Assembly (NCBI GenBank): GCA_036172245.1
Contig: JAYWIR010000144.1
Coordinates: forward strand, 45,852 to 65,851
DNA length: 20,000 nt
Direction of reading: 5' to 3'
DNA from: Raillietiella orientalis
Lineage: Eukaryota
Each line of letters starts with the position of its first letter. The stretch's first letter is position 1. The notes under the pieces are model-generated. The model worked only from the letters and a program-made list of their open reading frames with translations, did no database searches and had not been told where the DNA came from. The position numbers and the translations under genes are program-made. Of the stretch, positions 18,121 to 20,000 are shown piece after piece.

Positions 18121-19034
18121 CTCGCTAAGGACGGACTGTCTTCACATTTTGCACTTAAAGGATGTTATATGTGAGGTAGGCAAAAGAAGGATATGTGTAA
18201 ATTGCGTATGTTAAGACTGGAAATGCAGAATTCTATGATAAAACTGTTGAATGTAAGGAATCGTTTGTGCACATAAGTTCATGCAAGCGGGATTCGGAAT
18301 TCATTTGAAGATTGAATGGGTGTATCTTTTAATATTGCTAATAAAGATGGTCTGAATATCAGTGCAGATTAAGTGCAGAAAAAAGAGTTGAAGGATCAAA
18401 TGCAAAGAAGCTTGAAATTATTATGATCATGTTAATTGTAAATAATCGGTGGTTGTGGTGGCGGATGATGATAATTAATGTCATAGTAAACAAAACCCTA
18501 TAAGAGAAATGGATAATGGCGATAGAATAATTGTTAGTAAACAGTTAGCTATTATGAAAATCAACGATCTAATTAATAATTTAAGTAGATCTTTAAATAG
18601 ATATTTTAATTTGAGTTTAAATGTTTGACATTATAATAACATCCTCAAACAAACCAGTCAACTATTTATCAAAAAATGCACACAACCAGTTGTTTCGATT
18701 ATAAAGGAATAATAAGAAAATATGACAACTGTAAGATAAAATTCGAAAACATAAAAAAATGAAACATGTTTTCAAATGCACAAAAGACAGAAAATGTAGC
18801 ATCGATATCTTTGGAAGATATCAGTTCTGTGCGGGATGCGGAATCGAGAACGTAAACGAGGATAGAAGAAGTCCATTTAATTCTGCTTTTATCGCTAGAT
18901 CGGCACATATGGACCTATAAAGAAAGGGTACCTGTGCAACAAGCTTCTTATTTAGAATAATTCAAAATTCCAAAAAAAATAAACAGCAAAATGCAAAGAC
19001 TTTATTCTACTCGAATTAAATAATAATAACACTT

Positions 19035-19914
19035 CTAGTCAGTTAAGCCCTTCAACTTTACAGTGAATGTCGTTCCAGCTGTCCATGTGCATATCAGTTT
19101 GCTAGGTACAGGCTTCACATTCCGGCCTCGACGGAGCCTAAAAAAATTCCCAGGCATTTGTTCGGAATCGAAAGTTATCCATTAAAATACGGGAAAGCAT
19201 TCATAGGATAGAAAACCTTGCTTCCGCAAATTACATTCCTGCCAGAGGATGTGAGAAAGAAGGAGCAAGGAGAAGTTTGAAATAAATAATTGCAAACTCA
19301 CTCTCTCCGAAAAATTTCTGAAACCTGTGCTAATTCACACAAAAATTTTACATAACAGAGATGCACACAAATCAAAGAGATATTCCCGTTAACGCATTTT
19401 GTATAAAGAACAGAAGAAAGTAGAAACGACTTCTAGACAATGCTTTCCAAGAAGCCATGCACAACAGTAGGGGTCTTAAGGATCTATGTATTCTATTGCA
19501 ATGAGGCCAGAAGCAAAAGCTACCAAACTGAAAAGAAGAATGCACAAAAATACATACGTTTCAACTCTCCCAGAAAAAGTTAAAGAACAAGAACGGTCTG
19601 GTCCCTCAAGGAAGAAATTAATCTGCTCAGAAGCACGAGGTCCCTGCACCTGAAATCAAAAAATATTTGCGGCTCTGATAAAATTTACTCACCTCAATGT
19701 CCAAACTGCAACGACTTCTTGGTGCAGGATGTTTACGATTACTCAGCCACACTTCACAATTAGTTCCAGTGTTGTCAAAATAAAGAAGGCACGGTCCTGT
19801 CTGACTTGTAAAATACAGCTGATCTTCTATAATCCTATCCTCATTTAAAGTGACGTTATTACACAGAGAGAGACATTGACTACCCCTACTACAGAAGAGA
19901 AGAACAATGGATAC
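19035..19914 (-). CDS. Probable spliced host gene (3' part), small Cys-rich, possibly secreted protein of unknown function
   Basis: Exon 19693-19914 is 74 codons without a stop after a TTTTTTGTAG acceptor. A 43-nt intron 19650-19692 reads GTGAGT..TTTCAG. Exon 19558-19649 is open only in the matching phase and ends at a GTATGT donor. A phase-compatible terminal exon 19035-19137 follows TTTTTTTAG, with AATAAA at 19001-19006. Splicing within 19138-19557 is unresolved. Confidence 0.6.
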
Positions 19915-20000
19915 CTACAAAAAACCAACTCTCAGTGAAATGGTAACAACCGGAAATAAAAACGAAAAGCAGATTGCGCAGAATTGAGCAAGCAGTTTGA

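Noticed and set aside
18699..18908. 69-aa minus-strand ORF in the AT-rich flank
   Set aside because: It is short, has no motif and no convincing splice context, and is probably intergenic.
19528..19557. 30-nt intron GTATGT..TTTCAG on the minus strand
   Set aside because: Using this acceptor gives a stop within ~17 codons, while the acceptor at 19138 gives a phase-compatible exon followed by AATAAA. It is not excluded as an alternative.

Overview
Eukaryotic genomic DNA. Bases 1 to ~18120 are a GC-rich, unbroken mosaic of about 13 decayed fragments of one two-ORF non-LTR retrotransposon family, most like the L1/Tx1 group. ORF1 carries two CCHC knuckles; ORF2 has an APE endonuclease, RT and a C-terminal CCHC. 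Copies are diverged from each other, none is intact, and orientation flips at 9 of 12 junctions. Comparing copies reveals four shared family features: (1) an endonuclease lacking the YT-motif/beta-hairpin loop that contacts target DNA in L1; (2) overlapping TAATG/TGATG stop-start between ORF1 and ORF2; (3) a structured 3' UTR with compensatory changes, ending in AATAAA, a hairpin and CAA(C) with no real poly(A); (4) 3' ends that mostly abut antisense ORF2 of a sister copy, with no recognisable target-site duplications. Together these suggest a self-targeting, cluster-building LINE. From ~18120 the DNA is abruptly AT-rich and contains the 3' part of a probable spliced host gene on the minus strand (Cys-rich, possibly secreted). 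All boundaries come from manual copy-to-copy alignment and are approximate; no database search was run.
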